Source: Dehalococcoidia bacterium (GTDB lineage: Bacteria > Chloroflexota > Dehalococcoidia > DSTF01 > JACRBR01). Taken from it: 64,000 nt of DNA. The stretch is taken from positions 1 through 64,000 of the forward strand of contig JBGQBE010000005.1 in the NCBI GenBank assembly GCA_041494685.1, given 5' to 3'. This document shows positions 30,511-41,604 of the stretch, piece by piece. The notes below the pieces were generated by a model. That model made no database searches. It was given only the letters and a program-made list of their open reading frames with translations, and was not told where the DNA came from. Position numbers and translations under genes: made by a program. Position 1 is the stretch's first letter. Every line of letters starts with the position of its first letter.

Positions 30511-31575
30511 CTAGCCGATCATGTCCGCGTACAGCTGCTCCATGAGCGCGGCGTTGTCCTGCCAGCGGTAGTGCCGCCGCACGAACTCGCGGCCCGCCGC
30601 GCCCATCGCACGGCGCAAGGCGGCGTCGCGCGCGAAGCGCTCGATGGCCGCGGCCAGGGCGGACTCGTCCGCGGGCGGCACCAGGATCCCGGTGCGCCCG
30701 TCATCGACGACGTCCGGGATGCCGTGGATGTCCGATGCCACGGCCGGCAGCTCCATCGCGCTGGCCTCCAGCGCCGAGACGCCGAAGCCCTCCCACGTCG
30801 ACGGCATCGCGAAGACGTCGAGTCGCTGCAGCACTTCGGGCACGCCGTCGTGCGGCACTTCGCCCGTGAACTCCACGTGAGCGCGAAGGCGCAACTCGTC
30901 CGTCAACCGCTCCAGCGCGACACGCGACGGGCCGTCGCCGGCGAGCAGCACCCGCACCGGCACGCCGCGCGCGCGGAGCGCCGCCACGGCGCGGAGCAGC
31001 ACGTCGAACCCCTTCTCGGGCGACAGCCGTGACGCCGCGCCCACCACGACTTCGTCGCGCTCCACGCGCGGCACGGGCGCGAAGCGGTCGAGGTCGACGC
31101 CGTAGGGGATGACCGTCACCGGCTTGCCGGCCGGCGTGTGCGGCAACGTCGCCTCGGCCAGGCGCAGGCCCGTGGCGGTGATCGCGCCGGCCCTGCGAAG
31201 AGCCTGGCGCGTGATCCAGCGGTGCAGCGGCGTCAGCGACGGCGCTTCCAGGACGTCGGTGCCCCACACCGACACGATCGACGGCTGGAAGCCCGACAGT
31301 CCGGCCAGGAAGCCATAGCTCGTCAGGTGCAACGCGTGCACCAGGTCCGGGCGCAGGTCGCGGATCATCGAGCGGACGCGGCGCGCGTGCACCAGGTAGC
31401 GCGCCTTGCCGATCGCCTCGAAGCCGCCGGCGTAGTGCACCGTCGCACCCTCGATCTCCGCCGGGCGGAACGAGATGACGTGCGCGTCCCAGCCGCGCTG
31501 CGCGAAGTGCTGCACCCACCGCCGCGTGTGGATGTACGGGGCGTCGGCCAGGTAGACGACGCGCCGCTCAGCCAC
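30511..31575 (-). CDS. Glycosyltransferase family 4
   Basis: SVWGTDV, RLSPEKG, EGFGVSALEA (E-X7-E). Confidence 0.92.
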   Translation of the reverse strand: MAERRVVYLADAPYIHTRRWVQHFAQRGWDAHVISFRPAEIEGATVHYAGGFEAIGKARYLVHARRVRSMIRDLRPDLVHALHLTSYGFLAGLSGFQPSIVSVWGTDVLEAPSLTPLHRWITRQALRRAGAITATGLRLAEATLPHTPAGKPVTVIPYGVDLDRFAPVPRVERDEVVVGAASRLSPEKGFDVLLRAVAALRARGVPVRVLLAGDGPSRVALERLTDELRLRAHVEFTGEVPHDGVPEVLQRLDVFAMPSTWEGFGVSALEASAMELPAVASDIHGIPDVVDDGRTGILVPPADESALAAAIERFARDAALRRAMGAAGREFVRRHYRWQDNAALMEQLYADMIG

Positions 31576-33037
31576 GCGGCATCTCCCCATCGCCCGGCGC
31601 GTCAGCCCGCGCGATCGCGTCGATGGCGACGACGATGCCGGCGGCGAACCACAGATACGGGTCCTCCAGGAAGCGGCCTTCCGTCTGCGAGCCGAGGAAG
31701 ATGATCGCGCTGATCATCACCATGCCGATCGCCGCGGCTTTCAGATCGCCGGGGGCGCGGCGCAGGATGCCTCGCGCGTACCCCGCCCAGCGCAGCGCGA
31801 GGAACGCCAGCGCCGCGAGGCCGATCAGCCCGAGTTCGGCCATGATCGTCACGAGCGACGTGTGCGAGATCGTCACGTTGGCCTTGATCTTCGGGTCCTT
31901 GTAGTCGTAGTAGTCGTCCTGGAACGCCTGCTGGTAGCCGCCGGCGCCGACGCCTGTCACCGGGTGGTCGGTGAACATGTTCAGCCCAGCCTCTACGAGG
32001 TACGGACGGGCGCCCGCCGCCTCGAACCCGAACGTGAAGGTATTGATGCGCTTCGCGAAGTAGGGGTTGAACGCCGCCACGGCCAGCGCCGCCAGCACCA
32101 GCAGCGCGCCGCCCATCCCGAGCATCCGCAGCCGCAGCATGCGATCGATCGGCAGCGCCAGCACGGCGACGGGCAGCGTCGCCAGTCCGACGACCCACGC
32201 GCCGCGCGAGCCAGTGAACACCAGCGTCAGCACCGACAGCGCCATCGCCGGCAGCAGGAACGCGAACTTGGCGCGCCGGCCCACGTAGAACCAGAGCATC
32301 ATCGCCACGACGACGGCCTCCAGCAGGAAGCGCGCGAAGTGATTGGGGTCGGCGAACGTGGTGTTGATGCGGCGCTCGCCGTACAGCCCCAGGCCCGGAT
32401 TCCAGAAAAAGTGCCCGGTCGCCTGCTGGTAGATGCCGCAGGCAGCCAGCACCGCGGCGCTCGCGACGAACGCGTACAACGTCCACCGCAGCGCCGCCCG
32501 GTCGCGCACGAAGAAGGGCACCAGCGCGAACGTGCCGAGCGAGAACAGCAGCCGCAGCGACTCCGTGCGCGCGGACGAAGCGTCGTACGCGTAGAGCGTC
32601 GAAAGCGCGTACACCGCGAACAGCAGCGCCAGCGGCGCCGTCAGCGGCGTATCGGGCAACACGTCGAGCCGCCGCCGGCCCGGACGGACCAGCCACAACA
32701 CGAACGCCAGCGCGACGACGAGCCGGCCCGCATCCACGATCGACGTCGCACCGAGGCCGCCGCCCAGCTCGCTGCGGGTCTCCAGGAACGGAAACGCCAG
32801 CTTCGATATCTCCAGCGGCAGCGCCAGCACCAGCAACGGCCCCAGCGCGCGCGGCTCGTAGAACGCCACGCCCGCCGCCAGCGAGCCGGCCGCAAGCGCC
32901 GCGAAGAGCGCCGCGTGTCCGAACAGCGCCGCGCAGCCGAACACGGCCGCAGCCAGCACCCCGGCCACCAGCCACGCCTCAGTTGGCGGGGCGCTCAGCT
33001 GACGCGGAAACGTGAACGGTGGACGGACAACAGCCAT
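31568..33037 (-). CDS. O-antigen ligase/Wzy-like polytopic membrane protein
   Basis: TFADPN, TGSRGAW, HPVTGVG.G.Y, SHTS..ELG. Confidence 0.88.
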   Translation of the reverse strand: MAVVRPPFTFPRQLSAPPTEAWLVAGVLAAAVFGCAALFGHAALFAALAAGSLAAGVAFYEPRALGPLLVLALPLEISKLAFPFLETRSELGGGLGATSIVDAGRLVVALAFVLWLVRPGRRRLDVLPDTPLTAPLALLFAVYALSTLYAYDASSARTESLRLLFSLGTFALVPFFVRDRAALRWTLYAFVASAAVLAACGIYQQATGHFFWNPGLGLYGERRINTTFADPNHFARFLLEAVVVAMMLWFYVGRRAKFAFLLPAMALSVLTLVFTGSRGAWVVGLATLPVAVLALPIDRMLRLRMLGMGGALLVLAALAVAAFNPYFAKRINTFTFGFEAAGARPYLVEAGLNMFTDHPVTGVGAGGYQQAFQDDYYDYKDPKIKANVTISHTSLVTIMAELGLIGLAALAFLALRWAGYARGILRRAPGDLKAAAIGMVMISAIIFLGSQTEGRFLEDPYLWFAAGIVVAIDAIARADAPGDGEMPRG

Positions 33038-33089
33038 CGCGGCTATTGTATCCCGCGCCTGCGCGGCGGCTGTGCGGCGGGTCTGTGAC

Positions 33090-34715
33090 TTACGGCAGCG
33101 GTATCCCGTTGTAGGTCATGTCGCCGTCGCCGGGAAAGACGTCGGTATAGGCGTTCGCGAGCGCGACGATCGGCCGATCGGATTCCAGGATCGCCGTGCC
33201 GGCGAAGCCGTTAGGCAGCATCGTCTCGTTGAACTGGAACACCGTGAACTCCCGGAAGGCCTGCACCGTGTACGCCTGCTGTCCGCCCGGCAGGTCCAGC
33301 CCCAGGTACCGAATCGTCACGTTCGCGCTGCCGCCGTCGGCAACCAGCACGCGGAACCACGAGTTCCAGCCGGCCTTGCCGTTCGACGGCCCGTAGTTCT
33401 TGTTCAGCACCGGCAACAGCACGCGACGCGCACCGTCGTCCGGCCGGAAGCCGCGGTAGTTCGTGAACGTCTCTCCGAAGCGCGTGCCGCGGTCGACGAT
33501 GACGCCGATCGGCTGCGTGCTGGTCAGCCGCGCCGTGCCGACGAAGTTGTGCGGCAGCGCGTCCCCCGGGGCGAGGCAATTCGCGTAGTCGTCGCGGTCC
33601 TGGAAGCAGAGGCGCGCGCCGTTCACGGTCAGCGTGTTCTGCTTCGCGACGAAGGCGTTGCCGTTGTCCAGGTCAAAGCCCTCGAACCGGAGCGTCACCT
33701 GCGCCGCCTTCGCGGGATCCTTGTTCTCGATCTGGAAGCGCGTGCTGAATCCGTTCTGCGGCCCTACCTCGCGGTCCACCAGGGGCAACAGCACCGTCGT
33801 GCTCATCTCCGCCTGATCGAACGCGCGGTACGACGCGAAGATGTTGAAGATGCTGTTCCACGCGTCCGCCGTCGCCGTCAGCACCTGCTGCTCGGGAGGG
33901 ACGTTCTGCTGGTTCTTGTAGGTCTCGATCCGCGCGCTGCCCGTGAAGTTCGGAGGCACGCCGAAGGTGTCCGGATCGCGGAAGAGCGTGGCGCGTGGCG
34001 CCAGCGGGCGTCCGCCGTTCGGGCAGCCGGCCAGCTTCGTCGCACCCTTGGTGCCGGGCTTGTACGGATCCCAGGCGATCTCGCCGTCGGTGGCGTTGCT
34101 CAGGTAGGTGATGCCGACGCACGCCGTCACCGTGTCGCTGAGGTTCTCGATCGCGAAGCGGCCCATCGAGTCATTCTGTGCGCCGTCGCGGTTCGCGATG
34201 AGCGGGAGGTACATCTTCGACGAACCCGACGCGATCGACGTGGTGTTGCCGTCGATCATGAACTCGCCGTTGCGGCGGATGTCCTTCGCCTGCAACGCCA
34301 CGATAGGCTGGTCGCTCTCGACAAGCGCCGAGCCCTTGTAACCGGCGGGTAGTTGCGGGTTGTCGGTCTGGAAGAACGTCCAGCCCTGGCCGGGACCGAT
34401 GGCCGCACAACCGGCCGACGGGCAGGCGTCCTGCGCGATCTGCGCGCCCGCCTCGTTGAAGTACGACACCGTCACGTTCGCGTCAACGCTGCCGATGTTC
34501 TGCACCCGAATCCACGAGTTCTCGACGCCGAAGGTGAACGACGCGGACTGGAAGGCGCCCACGGGGGTCGGCGCCTGCCGCAGCACCGGCACGCGGCTCG
34601 TTGCGACGACGGATACGAAGAGGACTGCCAGCGCCAGGATCGGAATCCGCAGCTGCCGCAGCCCTCTGAACACAGACACTGGAATGGTTCGCACAACCGG
34701 ATCCTTCCGCCCCAC
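33090..34715 (-). CDS. Secreted protein with four internal ~120-aa beta-rich repeats
   Basis: Signal peptide; repeated LLP...IQN/IEN...LP.GF.G(S/T)A..ESD.PI units; start uncertain. Confidence 0.75.
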   Translation of the reverse strand: MGRKDPVVRTIPVSVFRGLRQLRIPILALAVLFVSVVATSRVPVLRQAPTPVGAFQSASFTFGVENSWIRVQNIGSVDANVTVSYFNEAGAQIAQDACPSAGCAAIGPGQGWTFFQTDNPQLPAGYKGSALVESDQPIVALQAKDIRRNGEFMIDGNTTSIASGSSKMYLPLIANRDGAQNDSMGRFAIENLSDTVTACVGITYLSNATDGEIAWDPYKPGTKGATKLAGCPNGGRPLAPRATLFRDPDTFGVPPNFTGSARIETYKNQQNVPPEQQVLTATADAWNSIFNIFASYRAFDQAEMSTTVLLPLVDREVGPQNGFSTRFQIENKDPAKAAQVTLRFEGFDLDNGNAFVAKQNTLTVNGARLCFQDRDDYANCLAPGDALPHNFVGTARLTSTQPIGVIVDRGTRFGETFTNYRGFRPDDGARRVLLPVLNKNYGPSNGKAGWNSWFRVLVADGGSANVTIRYLGLDLPGGQQAYTVQAFREFTVFQFNETMLPNGFAGTAILESDRPIVALANAYTDVFPGDGDMTYNGIPLP

Positions 34716-34863
34716 CCCGCCGCATTCTATGGACGGCGCCCTACGAGGTCAATCAGCGCACCCCTGATCTTGGGCACGGTAACACAACGCCCGATCCCGG
34801 CGCGCAGGACAACAGCGAGTCAGAGGTTCACTCCACACGCACGCACGATCGGCGCGCGAGCCA

Positions 34864-35481
34864 TTACATGATCGCGTCGACCGCTTCGGCAGCCCGCGCG
34901 GCGACTGCGTCGAACGGCTGCATCGCATCGATCACACGCCACGTATCGCCGGCGTCGCGGGCCTGCTGCAGGAAGCCGGCGCGCACGCGCTCGTGGAACG
35001 CGACGGCTTCGCGATCGAAGTGATTGCTCTGGCCGTCACCCGCGCGGCGCGCGAGCCCCACCTCGACCGGAAGGTCGAGCAGCAGCGTCAGATCCGGCGC
35101 CAGGCCACCGGTGGCGATCGCGTTCAGGCGCTCGACGAGCTCGCGCGCCAGTCCGCGACCGAACGCCTGGTACGCCACCGACGACGCCGCGAAGCGATCA
35201 CAGATCACGACCGCGCCGCGCTCAAGCGCCGGACGCGCGACGGTAGCGACCAGGTGCGCGCGTGCAGCCTCGAAGAGCAGCAGTTCGGCCAGCGGATCGT
35301 CGAGCGCCCGCTGGGCAAGGACGAGCGTGCGCACCTGCTCGCCGAGCGGCGTGCCGCCGGGCTCGCGCGTCTGCACGACGTCACGTCCGCTCGCCTGGAC
35401 GTGCGCGGACAACGCGGCTTGCAGGCGCGACTTTCCCGCGCCGTCGCCCCCTTCGATCACGATGAATCGACCGCGTGTCAT
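34864..35481 (-). CDS. tmk: Thymidylate kinase
   Basis: IEGGDGAGKS, TREPGGT, CDRF..SS.AYQ, PDLTLLLD. Confidence 0.96.
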   Translation of the reverse strand: MTRGRFIVIEGGDGAGKSRLQAALSAHVQASGRDVVQTREPGGTPLGEQVRTLVLAQRALDDPLAELLLFEAARAHLVATVARPALERGAVVICDRFAASSVAYQAFGRGLARELVERLNAIATGGLAPDLTLLLDLPVEVGLARRAGDGQSNHFDREAVAFHERVRAGFLQQARDAGDTWRVIDAMQPFDAVAARAAEAVDAIM

Positions 35482-35504
35482 CCGCCGCTCCCGGGCGCGT
35501 ACCG

Positions 35505-36413
35505 CTACTTCACGGTCAGCGTCGCGCCCGTGCACGGCACCACCGTGCCGTTACCGGGGCTGTCGCCGCAGTACGCGTACAACTGGCCGATCGCATCGCT
35601 GACGTCCGCACTGGCGATGCCGAGATTGAGCGTGCCCGACGCCACCGCGATGAACTCGATGGTGGCCAGCACGCTGGTGCCCGACGCCGTGTTCGGGCTG
35701 GGCGTGAAGCACGAGAGAAATGCCTGCCCGGTGTCCGGCTTACCATCGCCGTTGGTCCCGCCGGGATCGTCCAGATCTCCCTCGGGCGCGGGCAGGCAGA
35801 GCCAACCCGCGGTGGCGCCGCCGAGGTCGTCTGCGTTCAGCCGGGGATTGCGATCGGTCGGCGGGCCGCCGGCGATAGTCGGCGCGACGACCTTCGTCCT
35901 GTCGTAGTCCACCTCAAAGTCGAGGGCATCGATGCCGCCGAGCCCGTTCTGGTACGGCGGCGCGTTCGTCACGACCACCGCGACGCGGAACGTATCGCCG
36001 ACGTTCACGGAGCGCGTCGCCTGGATGCCCGGCGTGCTGGCATCAAGATCGAGCAGCATCGAGACGCCGCCCGCGTCCACGTTCGGGGGCGCTACCGCCA
36101 TCGAATCGACGACCGGCGTGCCCTTCGACTTCACGGCAGGAATGGTGCTGATCACAGCGGGTGCGGCGTTGGGATCGCCTCCGGCCAGGCCAGGGTCGAC
36201 ACCCGCCGTGAGCGTAGCCTGCTGCCCGGTCAGGGTCGGCACGCCGGGCGTGGCGCTCGTGCCGCTGGCGGCCGTGCTTCCCCCGGCACGGCTGGTGGCC
36301 GTCGCGGTCTCATTGCCGACCGGCGTGGCCGGCGTCTTGCTGGCGCCGCCACACGCAGCCAGCGCGGCCGCGAGCGGGACCGACGCGGCGGCTGCGACGA
36401 TCCTTCGGTTCAA
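35505..36413 (-). CDS. Lipoprotein with Thr/Pro linker and cohesin-like beta-sandwich
   Basis: Lipobox LAACG; VGDTFRVAV...FEVDYD...VLATIEF.A. Confidence 0.65.
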   Translation of the reverse strand: MNRRIVAAAASVPLAAALAACGGASKTPATPVGNETATATSRAGGSTAASGTSATPGVPTLTGQQATLTAGVDPGLAGGDPNAAPAVISTIPAVKSKGTPVVDSMAVAPPNVDAGGVSMLLDLDASTPGIQATRSVNVGDTFRVAVVVTNAPPYQNGLGGIDALDFEVDYDRTKVVAPTIAGGPPTDRNPRLNADDLGGATAGWLCLPAPEGDLDDPGGTNGDGKPDTGQAFLSCFTPSPNTASGTSVLATIEFIAVASGTLNLGIASADVSDAIGQLYAYCGDSPGNGTVVPCTGATLTVK

Positions 36414-36477
36414 CGTCCCACCTCAAGCTGTGTCCCCCGCACCGCAAGCCGCCGCGCCGGGCGCCCGGCACTTCCGT

Positions 36478-37023
36478 TCACGGCACGCGGCGGAGGCCGG
36501 CGATGCGGCCCGTATGATACTCGATCCGCGAGCCACCTAGCTCAATTGCGATACGGTAGCCCGAAGTCACGATCTGGGCGCATACCTCGCCATCGCGGGG
36601 CGCGCCCAGACACGTATCGTTCCAGTCCACCGCCTCGACCGAGACGACGCTCGCGCCCGCCCCCGCGTTAGCCAGCGCGTCCAGCACGGACTTCGGCTGC
36701 CAGACCAACCAGCCGTCCGCCGCGGACGAAACGTACTCCCACGCGGCTACCCCGCCCGCCGAGGCGCGGGCGACGCTGACCTGACCGCCGTCGGCTGCGT
36801 CGGCAGTGCCGGCTGCCTCCAGCTTCTCCGCCGAGAGCGAGGCCGGCGGCAGGGTCCTGACGGCGACCAGCGTCTCGCCCGCAAGGATCACGACGTCGCC
36901 GACGGTACCCGCCTCGCTAGGTACGGTCGGCGATGCGCCGGGCGTCCGCACTCCTGACGACATCCCGCCTCCGCATGCTGAAGCGACGGTAGCGACCACG
37001 GCGAGCCACAGGCCAGCTTTCAT
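36478..37023 (-). CDS. Hypothetical lipoprotein
   Basis: ASACG lipobox-like; C-terminal WNDTCLG.P..GEVCAQ.VT.GYRI motif. Confidence 0.7.
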   Translation of the reverse strand: MKAGLWLAVVATVASACGGGMSSGVRTPGASPTVPSEAGTVGDVVILAGETLVAVRTLPPASLSAEKLEAAGTADAADGGQVSVARASAGGVAAWEYVSSAADGWLVWQPKSVLDALANAGAGASVVSVEAVDWNDTCLGAPRDGEVCAQIVTSGYRIAIELGGSRIEYHTGRIAGLRRVP

Positions 37024-37102
37024 TCCGCCACTGAACCACAGCGCCGCGCCTGCCACCAGCCATGACGCGCCGGCGACCCCGGACGTCCCACGCCGTAGAC
37101 GC

Positions 37103-37135
37103 AAAACAGCCCCCGGCCAATCCGGGGGCTCCTTT
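37103..37135 (-). terminator. Intrinsic terminator
   Basis: agcccccgg/ccgggggct stem followed by GTTTT on the minus strand. Confidence 0.7.
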
Positions 37136-37159
37136 GCGTGTATCTGCGTGCGGGTTCGT

Positions 37160-37366
37160 CTACGCGGCGATCTTGCGCGCGGCGCGACGCGGCGCGGCCT
37201 CGCCGAAGACACGGGCGCGGATGCGGTCAACAGCTTCGGCACTGGGGCCGGCTGCCACATCGGCGCGGGCGGGAGCGAGGGTCTTCGCCAGCCAGCGGGC
37301 CGCCGTGGCGTCCTCTATGGTGGTGACATTCGCTGCGGTTTCGGTGGGCATCTTCGTCGCTTTCAC
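37160..37366 (-). CDS. Small hypothetical protein (~63-68 aa)
   Basis: GC3-typical codons, directly followed by a terminator. Confidence 0.55.
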   Translation of the reverse strand: MKATKMPTETAANVTTIEDATAARWLAKTLAPARADVAAGPSAEAVDRIRARVFGEAAPRRAARKIAA

Positions 37367-37556
37367 AGTCTCAGCATCGGCGGCAATTCCGAGATCTTTG
37401 ACAGTGTCTGCACCCAGTTTGTCATCCTCCGGAGTCTTGACAGGGTCCCGGGTGCGACCGCCACTACCTGAAACGTCGAAGGGGCGGAAACGTTACAGTC
37501 CGGCCGGTCTGAATTCACCCCGGCCGCCCTCGTGGCGAGCCGGTGGCCGGGCGCAG

Positions 37557-37583
37557 CGAAGCCCGCCGAAGAGGCGGGCTTCG
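37557..37583 (-). terminator. Hairpin downstream of the SWIM-finger gene
   Basis: cgaagcccgcc-gaaga-ggcgggcttcg 11-bp stem; weak U-tract. Confidence 0.55.
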
Positions 37584-37609
37584 AGGAGGCTGCGAGAGAC
37601 TCCCGCCGG

Positions 37610-37873
37610 TCAGGCGGTTGCCAGCTGGAGCGTCGACAGGGCCGAGGTCGGGATCATGCCGTCCAGGATGCGCTCGAGCGCCATCGTGTGGGCGCAGGAG
37701 CCCCAACCCGCGAAGAAATCGCATGTGCAGCGCCAGTCGTCCCCTTCGAGCCCGACCTTGTGCGTGTCGTTCTCGCCCTGGAAGTCGACCTGCAGGCTGC
37801 TGACGTGCATACGACTTCGCTCGTGTGCGTACTTCTTCGCCTTGTCGACCTTACCGATGAGCCCTGAGTTCAT
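37610..37873 (-). CDS. Small SWIM-type zinc-finger protein
   Basis: CTC...C.H (CTCDFFAGWGSCAH); purine-rich SD upstream. Confidence 0.8.
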   Translation of the reverse strand: MNSGLIGKVDKAKKYAHERSRMHVSSLQVDFQGENDTHKVGLEGDDWRCTCDFFAGWGSCAHTMALERILDGMIPTSALSTLQLATA

Positions 37874-38131
37874 GGCGCGGGTTCCCCTTTCCCTCCGGAT
37901 GCCCAGACAACAAAAACACCGCGCGCGATCGCGTGCGGTGTGTGGTCACACGGTACGAATCCAGCGGAGCAAAACGTCCAAGGTGGCGGCCTCCTTCGAC
38001 AGATCCACGATAGTACGGGCGCTTCCAGCCTGTCAACCATCCTCCTGCGTTCACGTCCGATTTTGTGACATCGCCATCGTTGACAGACCCATCTCTCGCC
38101 CCGCGGGCGCCCCTCGCCTACACTGGATCCG

Positions 38132-39424
<1,293 letters not shown>

Positions 39425-39519
39425 CCCCCTCCTCCCCAGCTACCGCCGCCATCACTTCCTGCACGCCCGTCAAGTATGAGCGGCGGACGTAGCTGGGCCG
39501 CATATGTCACCATGCATGC

Positions 39520-41364
39520 ATGATCGGCGGCGGCATGGGCGGCATGGGTATGGGCATGGGCGGTGGCGGCGCCGGTGCCGCGGTGCTGCGCGAGCGGGCG
39601 AAGCCGCGCCGCAGCGCCCGCGAACTCCTGGGGCGGATCGCCGTCCTGTTCCGCCCGTATGGCTGGTCGATCGCGCTGCTGATCGTCACGGTGACCGCCG
39701 CCGCGCTGGTCGGGCTGGCGCCGCCGCTCCTGTTCGCCCGCATCATCGATAACGTCAACGGCAAGAAGGACGTGCGCGCCGTCGATATCGACGCGGCGCT
39801 GATCTTCGCCGCCGTGCTGGGCGGCGCGCTGCTGAGCGTGCTCCAGTCCTTCCTCAACAACCGCGTCGGCCAGGGCGTGATGTACGACCTGCGCAACGCC
39901 ACCTACCGCCACCTGCAGAAGATGTCGCTTCGCTTCTTCACCTCCACCCGCAGCGGCGAGATGCTCTCTCGCCTCAACAACGACGTCAGCGGCATCCAGG
40001 ACGCCGTCACCAACAGCTTCACCACTCTCTACTCGAACCTGATCACCGTCATCACGACCGTCGTGCTCATGGCGGCGCTCGACTGGCGGCTCACACTACT
40101 GTCGCTGTCCGCGCTGCCGGTCTTCCTCATCCCGACCCGCATGGTCGGCTCGATCCAGCGGCGATTGCTGGCGCAGACACAGCAGCGCCTGGGCGACATG
40201 AACGCGCAGATGCAAGAGACGCTCTCGGTGAACGGCGCGATGCTGACGAAGATCTTCGGCCGCCAGGCGTACGAGTACGGGCGCTTCGACGCCACCAACC
40301 GCGACGTGCGCGATCTGACGTTCCGGCGGTTGATGACGGGGCGCTGGTTCTTCATGCTGCTCGGCCTCTTCGGCGGCGTCGCGCCTGCGCTCGTCTACTG
40401 GTACGGCGGGCGGCAGGTCGTCTCAGGCGGGCTGAAGGTCGGCGAGGTCGTGGCGTTCGCCGCGCTCGTCACGCGCATCTTCTCGCCCGTCACGCAACTG
40501 CTCTCCGTCTGGATCACGTTGCAGAGCTCCCTCGCCCTGTTCGAGCGGGTCTTCGAGTACGGCGAGCTGCCGGTAGAGATCGATGAGAAGCCCGGCGCCA
40601 CTGACATCCCGCGCGTCGAGGGCCGCGTCCGCTACGATCACGTCGGCTTCCGCTACGGCAAGACGGCGCAGGCGGTCGAGGACGTGTCGCTGGAGATCTT
40701 GCCGGGCCAGGTGGCGGCGCTTGTCGGGCCGTCCGGCGCCGGAAAGACGACGCTCACCTACTTGCTGCCGCGCCTCTACGACGCCACCGAAGGCCGCGTG
40801 ATGATCGACGGCCACGACGTGCGCGACCTGACGTTCGACACGCTCAACCGCGCCATCGGCGTCGTGACGCAGGAGCCGTACCTCTTTCACGCGACGATCA
40901 AGGAGAACATCCAGTACGCGCGGCCGGACGCCACCGACGAGCAGATCCAGGCGGCCGCGCGCGCGGCGTACATCGACGAATTTGTGACGGGGCTGCCGCA
41001 CGGCTACGACACGATCGTTGGAGAGCGCGGCTACCGCCTCTCGGGCGGCGAGAAGCAGCGCGTGGCGATCGCCCGCGCCGTCCTGAAAGACCCGCCGATC
41101 CTGATCCTCGACGAGGCGACGTCGTCACTCGACTCCCACTCCGAGCGGATCATCCAGCGCGCGCTCGACGAGCTGTCACGCGGCCGCACGACACTGGTGA
41201 TCGCGCACCGCCTGAGCACGGTGTTGCACGCCGACACGATCGTCGTGCTGGACCGCGGGCGGGTGGTGGAGCGCGGCACGCACACGGAGCTCATCGCGCA
41301 CGAGGGGCTCTATGCCTCGCTGTACACGCAGCAGTTCGCCGCGGTGCCGGCAGCCGGCGGGTAG
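39520..41364 (+). CDS. ABC exporter, fused permease/ATP-binding (MsbA-like)
   Basis: TM domain plus GPSGAGKT, LSGGEKQR, ILDEAT, IAHRL. Confidence 0.94.
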   Translation: MIGGGMGGMGMGMGGGGAGAAVLRERAKPRRSARELLGRIAVLFRPYGWSIALLIVTVTAAALVGLAPPLLFARIIDNVNGKKDVRAVDIDAALIFAAVLGGALLSVLQSFLNNRVGQGVMYDLRNATYRHLQKMSLRFFTSTRSGEMLSRLNNDVSGIQDAVTNSFTTLYSNLITVITTVVLMAALDWRLTLLSLSALPVFLIPTRMVGSIQRRLLAQTQQRLGDMNAQMQETLSVNGAMLTKIFGRQAYEYGRFDATNRDVRDLTFRRLMTGRWFFMLLGLFGGVAPALVYWYGGRQVVSGGLKVGEVVAFAALVTRIFSPVTQLLSVWITLQSSLALFERVFEYGELPVEIDEKPGATDIPRVEGRVRYDHVGFRYGKTAQAVEDVSLEILPGQVAALVGPSGAGKTTLTYLLPRLYDATEGRVMIDGHDVRDLTFDTLNRAIGVVTQEPYLFHATIKENIQYARPDATDEQIQAAARAAYIDEFVTGLPHGYDTIVGERGYRLSGGEKQRVAIARAVLKDPPILILDEATSSLDSHSERIIQRALDELSRGRTTLVIAHRLSTVLHADTIVVLDRGRVVERGTHTELIAHEGLYASLYTQQFAAVPAAGG

Positions 41365-41458
41365 ACGGAAGCGATCACCCGGATGATCGCCGGCGCGCGC
41401 ACCAGGTCGATGCTGAACGGTCTCCGGTCCGCGCCCGCGCCCACCCCCTGCACGAACT

Positions 41459-41528
41459 GATCCCCGTGCCCTGTTCCTGCTCCGGCGATACGGGATCGTG
41501 CCAGATGCGGTCACAGGGCACGGGGATC
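41459..41528. repeat. 16-bp perfect inverted repeat (REP-like or terminator)
   Basis: gatccccgtgccctgt (41459-41474) / acagggcacggggatc (41513-41528). Confidence 0.7.
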
Positions 41529-41604
41529 GTGCGTCACGTCGCGGCCGCGGCCGTCGACATCGCGCGATCGGGACCAACGTCACGCGCTATGCCTGGACCG
41601 CGGC

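Noticed and set aside
39520..39575. GGCATG repeats at the start of the ABC transporter
   Set aside because: They encode a Gly/Met low-complexity N-terminus common in this exporter family.
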